Below, piece after piece: positions 9,401 to 17,248 of a stretch of 64,000 bases of DNA. Position 1 is the stretch's first letter; each line of letters opens with the position of its first letter. This stretch comes from an uncultured Clostridia bacterium (GTDB taxonomy: Bacteria > Bacillota > Clostridia > TANB77 > CAG-508), in assembly GCA_934101145.1 (NCBI GenBank), contig CAKOPZ010000002.1, forward strand, positions 28,866 through 92,865, written 5' to 3'. The position numbers and the translations under genes were made by a program. The notes under the pieces are model-generated. The model made no database searches and was not told the origin of the DNA. It was given only the letters and a program-made list of their open reading frames with translations.

Positions 9401-10760
9401 CTATAAATGAACCACAACCTGAAGAACAAGCTTCATTAAGCATAATGTTGTCAATTGCTCCATTTTTCATTTTAATGTATTTCATGTCTTGGCCACCAAT
9501 ATCAACAATACTTGTAACATTTGGCATGAATTTTTTTGCAGCTGTATAGTGAGCTATTGTTTCAATTTCATTTAAATCTACATTTAAAGCTGTTTGAATT
9601 AATTTTTCACCATATCCTGTAACACCGCTAAATCTAAGTGTTACAGCTTCTGGTAGTTCACTATATAATTGTTTAAGCATTTTAATAACACTTTGCAAAG
9701 GATTTCCTTCATTACTTCCATATAAAGAGTATAGAAGTCTACCTTCATTATCTATTAAAACTAATTTTGTTGTTGTAGAACCTGCGTCAATACCTACAAA
9801 AGCGTCTCCTTCGTATGTTTTTAAATCTGCTTTTTCGACAGTATCTTTATCATGTCTTTCTTTAAATTCTTGATAATCGGCGTCTATTGAAAATAGTGGT
9901 GATAAAGGATTTGAAGTATCATCATGAGAAATTCTTAAAACTTCAATTTTACTTTTTAATTTTTCAACTGTTATAGGTTTTGCTTCTAATGAATCAAGTG
10001 CAGCTCCTTTGGCAACAAGTAGGTGGGCTTCTTCAGGAATTATTATACTATCTCCTTCAAGATGTAGTGTGTCAATAAATCTATTTCTTAATTCAGATAA
10101 ATAATTTAAAGGACCTCCTAAAAATGCTACTTTACCTCTAATTGGTCTACCGCAAGCAAGTCCGCTAATTGTTTGGTTTACAACTGCTTGAAAAATTGAT
10201 GCAGCAATGTCTTCTTTTGCAGCTCCTTCATTTAATAATGGTTGAATGTCTGTTTTTGCAAATACGCCACAACGAGATGCAATTGGGTAAATCATTTGAT
10301 GATTTTTAGCAAGTTCGTTAAGACCTGTTGGATCTGTATGTAATAATGAAGCCATTTGATCAATAAATGCTCCAGTACCTCCGGCACATGTGCCGTTCAT
10401 ACGTTGCTCGATTGATTTATCAAAATATATTATTTTTGCATCTTCTCCGCCAAGTTCAATAACAACATCAGTTTGTGGAATATATTTTTCAACAGCTCTT
10501 TTACAAGAAACAACTTCCTGAATAAAAGGTAAGTCCAAAAATTTAGCAGCAGACATTGCACCAGAACCTGTTAAGGCTATTGTAAAAGTACTTTCTGGAT
10601 ACATACTGCTAAGACTTTCTAAAACATTGCATACTGTATTTTTTGTATCTGAAAAGTGTCTTTGATAGTCATTATAAATTGTTTCTAGCTTATCGTTCAT
10701 AACAACTATTTTTACAGTTGTAGAACCAACATCTAGTCCAACATGTAATAAATTGCTCAT
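6426..10760 (-). CDS. Large fused CoA-substrate-specific enzyme activase: two BadF/BadG/BcrA/BcrD (ASKHA) ATPase domains, a DUF2229-like domain and an HgdB-like 2-hydroxyacyl-CoA dehydratase domain
   Basis: 1444 aa. The N-terminus VGLDVGSTTVKIVVM and a second IDAGSTTTKLVLI motif are two acetate/sugar-kinase-fold ATPase domains. A conserved CxxC region (RCNGCENHCLL) and a dehydratase-like C-terminal part follow. The tail is KE-rich. RBS is aaggag. Confidence 0.8.
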   Translation of the reverse strand: MSNLLHVGLDVGSTTVKIVVMNDKLETIYNDYQRHFSDTKNTVCNVLESLSSMYPESTFTIALTGSGAMSAAKFLDLPFIQEVVSCKRAVEKYIPQTDVVIELGGEDAKIIYFDKSIEQRMNGTCAGGTGAFIDQMASLLHTDPTGLNELAKNHQMIYPIASRCGVFAKTDIQPLLNEGAAKEDIAASIFQAVVNQTISGLACGRPIRGKVAFLGGPLNYLSELRNRFIDTLHLEGDSIIIPEEAHLLVAKGAALDSLEAKPITVEKLKSKIEVLRISHDDTSNPLSPLFSIDADYQEFKERHDKDTVEKADLKTYEGDAFVGIDAGSTTTKLVLIDNEGRLLYSLYGSNEGNPLQSVIKMLKQLYSELPEAVTLRFSGVTGYGEKLIQTALNVDLNEIETIAHYTAAKKFMPNVTSIVDIGGQDMKYIKMKNGAIDNIMLNEACSSGCGSFIETFAKSLNLSIEEFVQAAIESRRPVDLGSRCTVFMNSKIKQAQKEGYSVGDISAGLSYSVIKNAIQKVMKIRDMKKLGAHIVVQGGTFYNDAVLRAFELIVGRNVVRPDIAGLMGAYGVALLAKEQYEANLDMEYVSTITKNEDLDKLKIDISHVRCNGCENHCLLTINKFSNGARYISGNRCEKGAGIVQGKTELPNLVKYKYERLFNYKPLDEKDAPRGTIGIPRVLNMYEDYPFWFTFLTNLGFRVIISEKSNRKTYEKGMESMPSESVCFPAKLSHGHIIGLIKQGIKTIFYPCMPYSRKEYDKADNHYNCPIVISYSEVLKNNIEELKEKDIKFLNPFLPFEAKNLAKTIMELPEFAEYNFTKKELLEAAKKAEEEYQNFKEDIRKKGQETVEYIEKNNLKGIVLAGRPYHVDPEVNHGIDTLITSLGLCVLTEDSISNQADPKPLRVVNQWVFHARLYAAADFVGKHDNLELVQLNSFGCGVDAVTTDQVEEILTSYGKMYTLIKIDEINNLGAVRIRIRSLLASMKKRLANKELEKGTGDYEIHKKIFTKEMKDEGYTILIPQMAPIHFELLETAVRSCGYNVELLRNCTEHTVETGLKYVNNDACYPSILTTGQMIEALESGKYDINKTALIMSQTGGGCRATNYIGFIRKALKDAGFENVPVISFNVVGMEKMPGFKITLPLIEKLLKMVVYADLLQKMLTKNRAYEVNKGETQKLFDEWMEKCKKLLEKSSMKEFKQSIYDIVNDFEKIELDTSVEKPKVGIVGEVLIKYHPYGNNFVADKLEEEGAEVVLPDFMGFIKFIATHKITFNQLIKTDKIKSKIFKTAIKLIDLLEKDERIALANSKKGYLQPCNIWELEDKVKNILSIGNQTGEGWFLTAEMIEYIESGIPNIVCVQPFACLPNHVVGKGVIKTIRNEFPDANISPIDYDPGASEANQTNRIKLLMTVAKDNLKKQQAEKNAIKEENKTTEKETNKKEVSSKK

Positions 10761-11015
10761 ATTAATGCTCCTTATATTTAATAATTAAATTTACTCTCAT
10801 TTGTTATATAAATATCTCTAAAATAAGATATTTAATCAATGTTAATTTTATACGGAAATAAGGAATTTGTCAAATGAAAATTATGTGAATTTTGTGGAAA
10901 ACTAGTAGAAAAAGTCGAGCAAAACTGTGGATAAATTTGAAATAATAAAGGTTCTAAAAATTACTTGTCTTACATAATGATATTAATAAATAAAACAAGC
11001 TTAAAAGGAGGAAAT

Positions 11016-11555
11016 ATGAAAAAGAAAATTATTATTGGTGTTGTAATTTTATTATTAATTGGAGTGGGAGTGTGGATATTTTTAAATAAAAAAACAAATA
11101 ATCAAGAATATGTGCCACAAGAAGAAATATCTGATGAACAGTTAAGACAGACAATTGTATCATTATATTTTAAAAATAAAAATACAGGTGAATTAGAGTC
11201 AGAAGGAAGATTAATTGATGCGAAGTTATTATTAAATGAGCCATATAAAACTTTAATGGAATTATTAATTGAAGGACCAAAAAATGAAAAATTTGAAGCA
11301 ACAATTCCAAATGGAACAAAAATAAATAAAATGGAATTAAAAAATGATATATTGTACATAGATTTTTCAAAGGAATTTGTGGATAATCAAAAAAATGGAA
11401 CAGAAGAGGAAAGTGCAACAATTTATTCCATCGTTAATACTATGACAAGACTTACAGAAATAAATGGAGTAAAAATATTAATTGATGGAAAAGCAGATCA
11501 AAAATTTAAAGATGGTAAAATTAATTTTTCTGATACGTTTGTAAAAATAAAATAA
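11016..11555 (+). CDS. gerM: GerMN-domain spore germination/sporulation protein (GerM-like)
   Basis: MKKKIIIGVVILL lipoprotein-like anchor, preceded by aaaaggagg RBS. The GerMN-like region is LLNEPYKTLMELLIEGPKN...IDFSKEF. Confidence 0.65.
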   Translation: MKKKIIIGVVILLLIGVGVWIFLNKKTNNQEYVPQEEISDEQLRQTIVSLYFKNKNTGELESEGRLIDAKLLLNEPYKTLMELLIEGPKNEKFEATIPNGTKINKMELKNDILYIDFSKEFVDNQKNGTEEESATIYSIVNTMTRLTEINGVKILIDGKADQKFKDGKINFSDTFVKIK

Positions 11556-11700
11556 ATTTAAAAATAATAAATAAAAAAATAAAAAAATAATAAAATAATA
11601 AAATAAAAAAATAATAAAATAAAAAAATAATAAAATAAAAAAATAATAAATTAATTAAAAATAAAATAAATTTAAAAATAGGAATAAAAATAAACACTTT
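11556..11700. repeat. AT-only tandem repeat (about 16-nt unit ataaaaaaataataaa, x3-4)
   Basis: Direct reading shows 3-4 tandem copies of the unit. Confidence 0.6.
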
Positions 11701-11701
11701 T

Positions 11702-11878
11702 TTATTTTAATATTTTATATAAATGAAGTGTATTAATTAATTTTTGAAAATCACATAAAAAATGTTCAACTTGAAAAAGAGATTTAATAGTATTATCTTT
11801 TTTATGGATAAAATCTATTTTTTTCTCTTTTTTAATTTCTTTTTTATGTTCTTTTTTCACAACAGCTTTATTTTCCAT
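11702..11878 (-). CDS. Small basic hypothetical protein (58 aa)
   Basis: ATG at 11878 preceded by aaggtga RBS. Lys-rich N-terminus. No recognisable domain. Confidence 0.3.
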   Translation of the reverse strand: MENKAVVKKEHKKEIKKEKKIDFIHKKDNTIKSLFQVEHFLCDFQKLINTLHLYKILK

Positions 11879-11979
11879 ACGAATCACCTTAAAAAATATG
11901 TGGATAAATTTGATTTAATATAAAAATTAATATATAATATGTAGGAAAAATAAAAAGGTTAAAGTTTAGGGTAAATAAA

Positions 11980-12732
11980 ATGGAAATTAGATTAAAAGAA
12001 AATGAAAGAATTGATGATTTAGAAATAAAAAACATGAAAATAATTCAAAATAAAGATGGATTTTGTTTTGGAATAGATAGTGTGCTTCTTTCTGATTTTG
12101 CAAAAGAAATAAAAGATAATTCAAAGGTTGTGGATTTAGGAACAGGGACAGGAATACTTGGGATTTTATTATGTGCAAAAACAAATTTAAAAGAAGTTTT
12201 AGGTGTGGAAATTCAAGAAGAAGTTGCAAATATGGCACAAAGAAGTATTGAATTAAATAATTTAAAAAATAGATTTAAAATATTAAATGATAATATAAAA
12301 AATATAGAAAAAAATAATATTAATTTAAAAAACAATTTTGATTATGTTGTAACAAATCCACCATATAAAAAAATAAATACGGGAAAAATAAATGAAAATG
12401 AAAAAAAATTAATTTCACGTCATGAATTAACAGCCAATTTAAATGATTTTATAAAGACAGCTTCTTTTTTATTAAAAGATAAGGGAACATTATTTATGGT
12501 ACATAGACCAGAAAGATTAGTTGATATTTTAGAAAAAATGAGGAAAGAAAAAATAGAACCAAAAGAATTAAAATTTATTTATCCTAAAATAAATAAAGCA
12601 CCAAATTTAATTTTAATAAAAGGTGTTAAAAATTCAAATCCATTTTTAAAAATAGACAAGCCATTATATGTATATAATGAAGATGGAAATTACACAGATG
12701 ATATTTTAAAAATATATGGAAAAATAAAATAA
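11980..12732 (+). CDS. Class I SAM-dependent methyltransferase, YabB/TrmN6 (tRNA m6A37) family
   Basis: 250 aa. SAM motif VVDLGTGTGILGI and catalytic NPPY motif (VTNPPYKK). Syntenic with B. subtilis yabB upstream of rsmI and abrB. Confidence 0.8.
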   Translation: MEIRLKENERIDDLEIKNMKIIQNKDGFCFGIDSVLLSDFAKEIKDNSKVVDLGTGTGILGILLCAKTNLKEVLGVEIQEEVANMAQRSIELNNLKNRFKILNDNIKNIEKNNINLKNNFDYVVTNPPYKKINTGKINENEKKLISRHELTANLNDFIKTASFLLKDKGTLFMVHRPERLVDILEKMRKEKIEPKELKFIYPKINKAPNLILIKGVKNSNPFLKIDKPLYVYNEDGNYTDDILKIYGKIK

Positions 12733-12870
12733 TAAAAATATTAATTAATTTATTTAATAAAAATAATAAAATAAAATTAAATAATTTAAAATAGAAATAA
12801 AGAAATAAAAAAATAAAATAATAAATAATTTTTTATTTTTTTATTTTATATAAATGAGGAGAAAGAGAAA

Positions 12871-13695
12871 ATGAAAGGTAAAATTTATTTAGTAGCAACT
12901 CCAATTGGAAATTTAGAAGATATAACTTTTAGAGCAATTTCTGTATTAAAAGATGTTGATATTATTGCTGCAGAAGATACAAGACACACATTGAAATTAT
13001 TAAATTATTATGAAATTTCAAAACCATTAATAAGTTATCATAGACATAACGAAGATGTAAAATCTGATATATTAATTGAAAAAGTCTTAAAAGGGCAAAA
13101 TATTGCAATTGTGACAGATGCAGGAACTCCAGGAGTTTCTGATCCAGGAGAAGAGATTGTAAAAGAGGCAATAAAAAATGATATTGAAATTATACCAATA
13201 CCAGGAGCATGTGCATTTGTAAATGCATTAATTGCATCAGGATTAAATACAAAACAATTTTCTTTTTATGGTTTTTTACCAATGAATAAAAAATTAAGAA
13301 AAAAAGCATTTGAGAATATTTTAAAAGAAAATAAAACAATAATAATTTATGAAGCACCTCATAAATTACAAAAAACATTAAAGGACATTTTAGATAATAT
13401 TGGTAATATAAATTGTGTTATTGCAAAAGAATTAACTAAGATACATGAAACTTTTTTTAGGGGAAATATTTCTGAATTAATTAATAATTTTGAATCTCCA
13501 AAAGGAGAGTATATTATTTTACTTGATTTAAATAATACTGTAAAAGAAGAAAATGATTTTGAAAACATGAGTGTAGAAGAACAATATGAATTTTATAATA
13601 ATCAAGGAATTGAAAAGAAAGAAATAATAAAATTAATTGCTAAAAATAAAAAAGTGCCTAAAAATGATATATATAAATTATTTTTAAATAGATAA
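12871..13695 (+). CDS. rsmI: 16S rRNA (cytidine1402-2'-O)-methyltransferase RsmI
   Basis: 274 aa starting KIYLVATPIGNLEDIT...AAEDTR. Tetrapyrrole-methylase fold. RBS is ggagaaag. Confidence 0.9.
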   Translation: MKGKIYLVATPIGNLEDITFRAISVLKDVDIIAAEDTRHTLKLLNYYEISKPLISYHRHNEDVKSDILIEKVLKGQNIAIVTDAGTPGVSDPGEEIVKEAIKNDIEIIPIPGACAFVNALIASGLNTKQFSFYGFLPMNKKLRKKAFENILKENKTIIIYEAPHKLQKTLKDILDNIGNINCVIAKELTKIHETFFRGNISELINNFESPKGEYIILLDLNNTVKEENDFENMSVEEQYEFYNNQGIEKKEIIKLIAKNKKVPKNDIYKLFLNR

Positions 13696-13708
13696 TAAAT
13701 AATAAAAA

Positions 13709-13740
13709 AATAATTGCTTGGAAAAGCAATTATTTTTTTA
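13709..13740. terminator. Bidirectional terminator between rsmI and abrB
   Basis: Stem ataattgctt / aagcaattat followed by a T-run. Confidence 0.55.
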
Positions 13741-13741
13741 T

Positions 13742-13993
13742 TTATTCTGGTTTTATCTCTCCAATTTGATTTGCGCATTTATCGCAAATTAATTTACCTT
13801 TGTATTCAGTTAGGTTTTTTGAATTTCCGCAGAAAATACAGTTTGGTTCATATTTTTTTAATATAATAGTTGAACCGTCTACATATATTTCAATAGGATC
13901 TTTTTCTGCTATTTCGAATTTATTTCTAAGTTCAATTGGAATAACTACTCTACCTAATTCATCTACTCTTCTTACTATACCTGTCGCTTTCAT
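13742..13993 (-). CDS. abrB: Transition-state regulator AbrB (AbrB/MazE/SpoVT swapped-hairpin family)
   Basis: True start is MKATGIVRRVDELGRVVIPIELR (ATG 13993, ggagg RBS). This is near-identical in pattern to the B. subtilis AbrB N-domain. The ORF-table start at 14035 is a spurious extension. Confidence 0.9.
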   Translation of the reverse strand: MKATGIVRRVDELGRVVIPIELRNKFEIAEKDPIEIYVDGSTIILKKYEPNCIFCGNSKNLTEYKGKLICDKCANQIGEIKPE

Positions 13994-14014
13994 AATCTCC
14001 TCCATTCTACATAA

Positions 14015-14021
14015 TTCGACA
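14015..14021 (-). promoter_or_regulatory. Spo0A-box-like TGTCGAA in abrB leader
   Basis: Minus-strand TGTCGAA lies about 20 nt upstream of the abrB ATG. An extended -10-like TGaTATTAT element lies a further ~16 nt upstream of it. Confidence 0.4.
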
Positions 14022-14302
14022 AAAAATCTATACATATAATATCACAATTTACAAAAAAAGGCAACACTAACTTGAAAAATTTTACAATTTTATTAAAAAA
14101 TATTTGTAGTAAGAAATATTTATAAGAAATACTTTAGGCAAGAGTTTAGACTGATTTAAAATATGCTAATTTTGTAGTTATAATTTCAATTTGGAATAAT
14201 AAAAAATATAATGAATAATGTGTATATATAAGATTTTAGTAAAAACAAATGGTACTTTTTGAAGACCGCCTAAAAAAGTACCATGAAAGTGTGGAAAGTG
14301 AT

Positions 14303-14884
14303 ATGATGAATATTATATGGCCTGCATTTATTATAGTTTCATTTATATATGCTATTTTGACAGGGAAGGTAAATGAGATAAATGAAGGTATTTTTAGCTC
14401 TGTTTCCGATGCAGTACAATTGTCAATTACATTTTTAGGAACAATTTGTTTATGGAATGGAGTAATGGAAATTGTAAAAAGAACAACATTGATTGAAAAA
14501 CTAACAAAATTCTTGAATCCATTGATGATTGTATTATTTCCAAAATTGAAAAATGATAATAAAATAAAATCTGAAATTTCAATGAATATTATTGCAAATG
14601 TTTTAGGATTAGGCAATGCTGCAACTCCACTTGGATTAAAAGCAATGAAGTCAATGCAAGAAAAGAATATAAAAAAAGATACTTTATCTGATGAAATGAT
14701 GATGTTTATTGTTTTAAATACAGCTTCTTTACAGTTAATTCCAACAAATGTTATTGCTATTAGAACAGCTTTGAATTCTAATAATGCAACTCAAATTATT
14801 TTTCCTGTTTGGGGAGCTACAATTATTGCAGCAATTATTGGAATAATTGCTACTAAACTTATAATTAAAAAAGTTAAATATTAA
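14303..14884 (+). CDS. spmA: Spore maturation protein A (nucleoside-recognition domain)
   Basis: MMNIIWPAFIIVSF... is a typical SpmA N-terminus. The upstream extension in the ORF table is probably spurious. Confidence 0.8.
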   Translation: MMNIIWPAFIIVSFIYAILTGKVNEINEGIFSSVSDAVQLSITFLGTICLWNGVMEIVKRTTLIEKLTKFLNPLMIVLFPKLKNDNKIKSEISMNIIANVLGLGNAATPLGLKAMKSMQEKNIKKDTLSDEMMMFIVLNTASLQLIPTNVIAIRTALNSNNATQIIFPVWGATIIAAIIGIIATKLIIKKVKY

Positions 14885-14897
14885 TTGGGGAATATTA

Positions 14898-15419
14898 ATG
14901 ATTAATTTTATTTCAAACTGCGCAATACCAATAATAATTTTATTAATTATCGTATATGGTTTGATTGAAAAGAATAAAGTTTATGATACATTTTTAGATG
15001 GAGCAAAAGAGGGAATAGAGATTGTTTTTAAAATGTTTCCAACACTGCTTGGAATTTTTGTTGCAATTGGTGCACTGAGGAGTTCAGGATTAATAGATGC
15101 AATAGTAAGTTTTATAGAACCATTTACAAGTTTGTTAAATATACCAAGTCAAATTATGCCGCTTGCACTTTTAAGACCGATATCGGGAAGTGCATCTATG
15201 GCAGTGGCTGTTGATATAATGAAAAATTATGGAGTAGATAGCTTTATTGGACTCGTAACGTCTACAATAATGGGTTCAACAGAAACGACATTTTATACAA
15301 TTGCAATATATACAGCTTGTGTTAGAATTAAAAAAACACGAGGAATACTCTTTGCAGCACTTTGTGCAGATGTTGCCGGAATGCTTGCGTCTGTAATAAT
15401 TTGGCGAATTTTGTCGTGA
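14898..15419 (+). CDS. spmB: Spore maturation protein B
   Basis: 173 aa polytopic membrane protein immediately after spmA. Confidence 0.8.
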   Translation: MINFISNCAIPIIILLIIVYGLIEKNKVYDTFLDGAKEGIEIVFKMFPTLLGIFVAIGALRSSGLIDAIVSFIEPFTSLLNIPSQIMPLALLRPISGSASMAVAVDIMKNYGVDSFIGLVTSTIMGSTETTFYTIAIYTACVRIKKTRGILFAALCADVAGMLASVIIWRILS

Positions 15420-15460
15420 AGTTTTTGTTGACATTTTATATAAATGGTATTAAAATAAAA

Positions 15461-15498
15461 AACATAGAAACACAAGTTTAATGTGTTCTATGTTTTTT
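15461..15498 (+). terminator. Terminator after spmAB
   Basis: Stem aacatagaaacac / gtgttctatgtt plus T6. Confidence 0.6.
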
Positions 15499-15799
15499 CA
15501 AGATTATTTAAAATCTAAAATTTAAGATTCTTTTTGAATTCCCAAAATAATAAAAAATGTTTTTAATTTTGTAGAGGAAAATTACTTTTCTAATTATTTC
15601 GCCCCCGAACAAGAAAAATTTAAAAAAGTAAATAATAAAAAAGAAGGAAAAAATAAAACAAAATTTAATTTTTAAAATTTGCATTATCTCTATAATTATT
15701 ATAGTTTGTCATTTTAAAGTCTAAAGAATATTCCCCAATATTTTGATAAAAAAATTCTTATATTTTTCTTTTAATTTTCCTCTACATTTATATATATAA

Positions 15800-16282
15800 T
15801 TATCTATGATAAGTTTCACGTCGTGAAATTTTAAAAGCTCTAAAGATTTGTTCTAATAAAAATATACGAATTAATTGATGTGGAAATGTCATTTTGGAAA
15901 AACAAATTAATTCATTTGCTTGATGTAATAAATCATCTGTCATTCCTAAAGTTCCACCAATAATAAATGTGATATGACTATTCATATTTAATGATATATT
16001 TTCTAATTTTTTAGAAAATTCTTCGGAAGTATATTGTTTACCTTTTAAGTCTAAGCATATTACATAACTATCCTTTTTTATATGAGATAAAATATTATTG
16101 CTTTCAATTTGTTTTATATTTTGAGCTATAGAATTATTTAAATTATTTGGTACCTGTTCATCAGGAAGCTCAATAATTTTTAATAGACAATATTTAGATA
16201 GACGCTTCGAATATTCTGAAATTGCATCTTTTAAATATTGTTCTTTTATTTTACCAACACAAATTATATCAATATGTAACAT
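15800..16282 (-). CDS. rlmH: 23S rRNA (pseudouridine1915-N3)-methyltransferase RlmH (SPOUT)
   Basis: 160 aa. Has MLHIDIICVGKIKEQYLKDAISEY and a C-terminal GG..G...R motif region. RBS is aaaggag. Confidence 0.9.
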   Translation of the reverse strand: MLHIDIICVGKIKEQYLKDAISEYSKRLSKYCLLKIIELPDEQVPNNLNNSIAQNIKQIESNNILSHIKKDSYVICLDLKGKQYTSEEFSKKLENISLNMNSHITFIIGGTLGMTDDLLHQANELICFSKMTFPHQLIRIFLLEQIFRAFKISRRETYHR

Positions 16283-16300
16283 AAATTCTCCTTTTATTTT

Positions 16301-16431
16301 TATATACTAGGAAATGTCTCATTTCTTAGTATATAAAAATAGCTACAATCACTATTGCCTTTGAGATTTTCTCCTTTTAGTCGAAAACTCAAATCGGCTT
16401 TGAACAAAGGGCTACCTAAAGTTGCTTTGTT
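16301..16431 (-). repeat. Copy A of a ~130-nt three-hairpin structured repeat element (minus orientation)
   Basis: Reverse complement is ~85% identical to 49063-49190. It lies between the yycJ-like stop and the rlmH RBS. Confidence 0.7.
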
Positions 16432-17237
16432 CTGGCTAAATCACAATTTTCTATATTAATAAGAGCACTAGGATTAACTCTACTTGCAACACTTATATTT
16501 ATGTTGTTTTCATCATAGTTATTTTCCATTAACTCTTCAACAACTGTTTTATACGCAAGTTCAGGAAAGTTATTTTCCTTACTTAAATGTCCAAGCATTA
16601 CTTTGTTTAGTCCACTTTTTAATAAATATGAAATTGTTTTCCCTGCATCTGAATTTGCTAAATGGCCGTTTGGACCAGCTATACGTTCTTTTAGTAAATA
16701 TGGATATTTTGAATATTTTAATATATTAGGATCATAATTTGACTCAAGTAAAATAAAAGAACTATCTTCTAATTTATGTATAATTTCAGATGTCATATGT
16801 CCAATGTCTGTTGCTATACTTATTTTTTTATTAGATGTACAAATATTAAATCCACATGGATTTGTTGCATCATGAGGTATTTTAAATGGATATATTTTTA
16901 AATCATTAATTTCCATATTTTCAGAAGGATTAAAGTATTTGATATTTTCATTAGAAATTTTAGCCTCCTGTTCTGGCATTGCTTCCCATGTTTGTCTATT
17001 TGCATAAACAGGAATGTTATATTTTTTTGAAAATGTTCCTAAACCTTTTACATGGTCAGAATGTTCATGTGTAACTAAAATTGCATCTATTTCTTCTGGA
17101 TCAACATTAATAGATGAAAGTGCTTCTGTTATTTTTTTAGCACTTTCACCTGCATCAATTAATATTTTTGTATTATCAGATTCAACATATAAACTATTTC
17201 CTGAACTACCACTATATAAACTACAAAAATTGAACAT
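16416..17237 (-). CDS. MBL-fold metallo-hydrolase, YycJ/WalJ-like
   Basis: 273 aa starting SLYSGSSGNSLYVE...HEHSDHVKGLG. Adjacent to rlmH as in B. subtilis yycJ-yydA. Confidence 0.8.
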   Translation of the reverse strand: MFNFCSLYSGSSGNSLYVESDNTKILIDAGESAKKITEALSSINVDPEEIDAILVTHEHSDHVKGLGTFSKKYNIPVYANRQTWEAMPEQEAKISNENIKYFNPSENMEINDLKIYPFKIPHDATNPCGFNICTSNKKISIATDIGHMTSEIIHKLEDSSFILLESNYDPNILKYSKYPYLLKERIAGPNGHLANSDAGKTISYLLKSGLNKVMLGHLSKENNFPELAYKTVVEELMENNYDENNINISVASRVNPSALINIENCDLARTKQL

Positions 17238-17248
17238 GTTTATACCCT

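Noticed and set aside
11556-11700. Regular AT tandem repeats considered as CRISPR-like arrays (also 2030-2200 and 12733-12870)
   Set aside because: Units are 16-20 nt of pure A/T with no unique spacers and no cas genes. They are simple microsatellite-like repeats.
15811-15829. Palindrome TTTCACGtCGTGAAA resembling a parS site (TGTTTCACGTGAAACA) near the parAB/origin region
   Set aside because: It has extra central bases relative to the 16-bp parS consensus and lacks the outer TG/CA. It lies inside the rlmH coding sequence. This is probably a chance palindrome.
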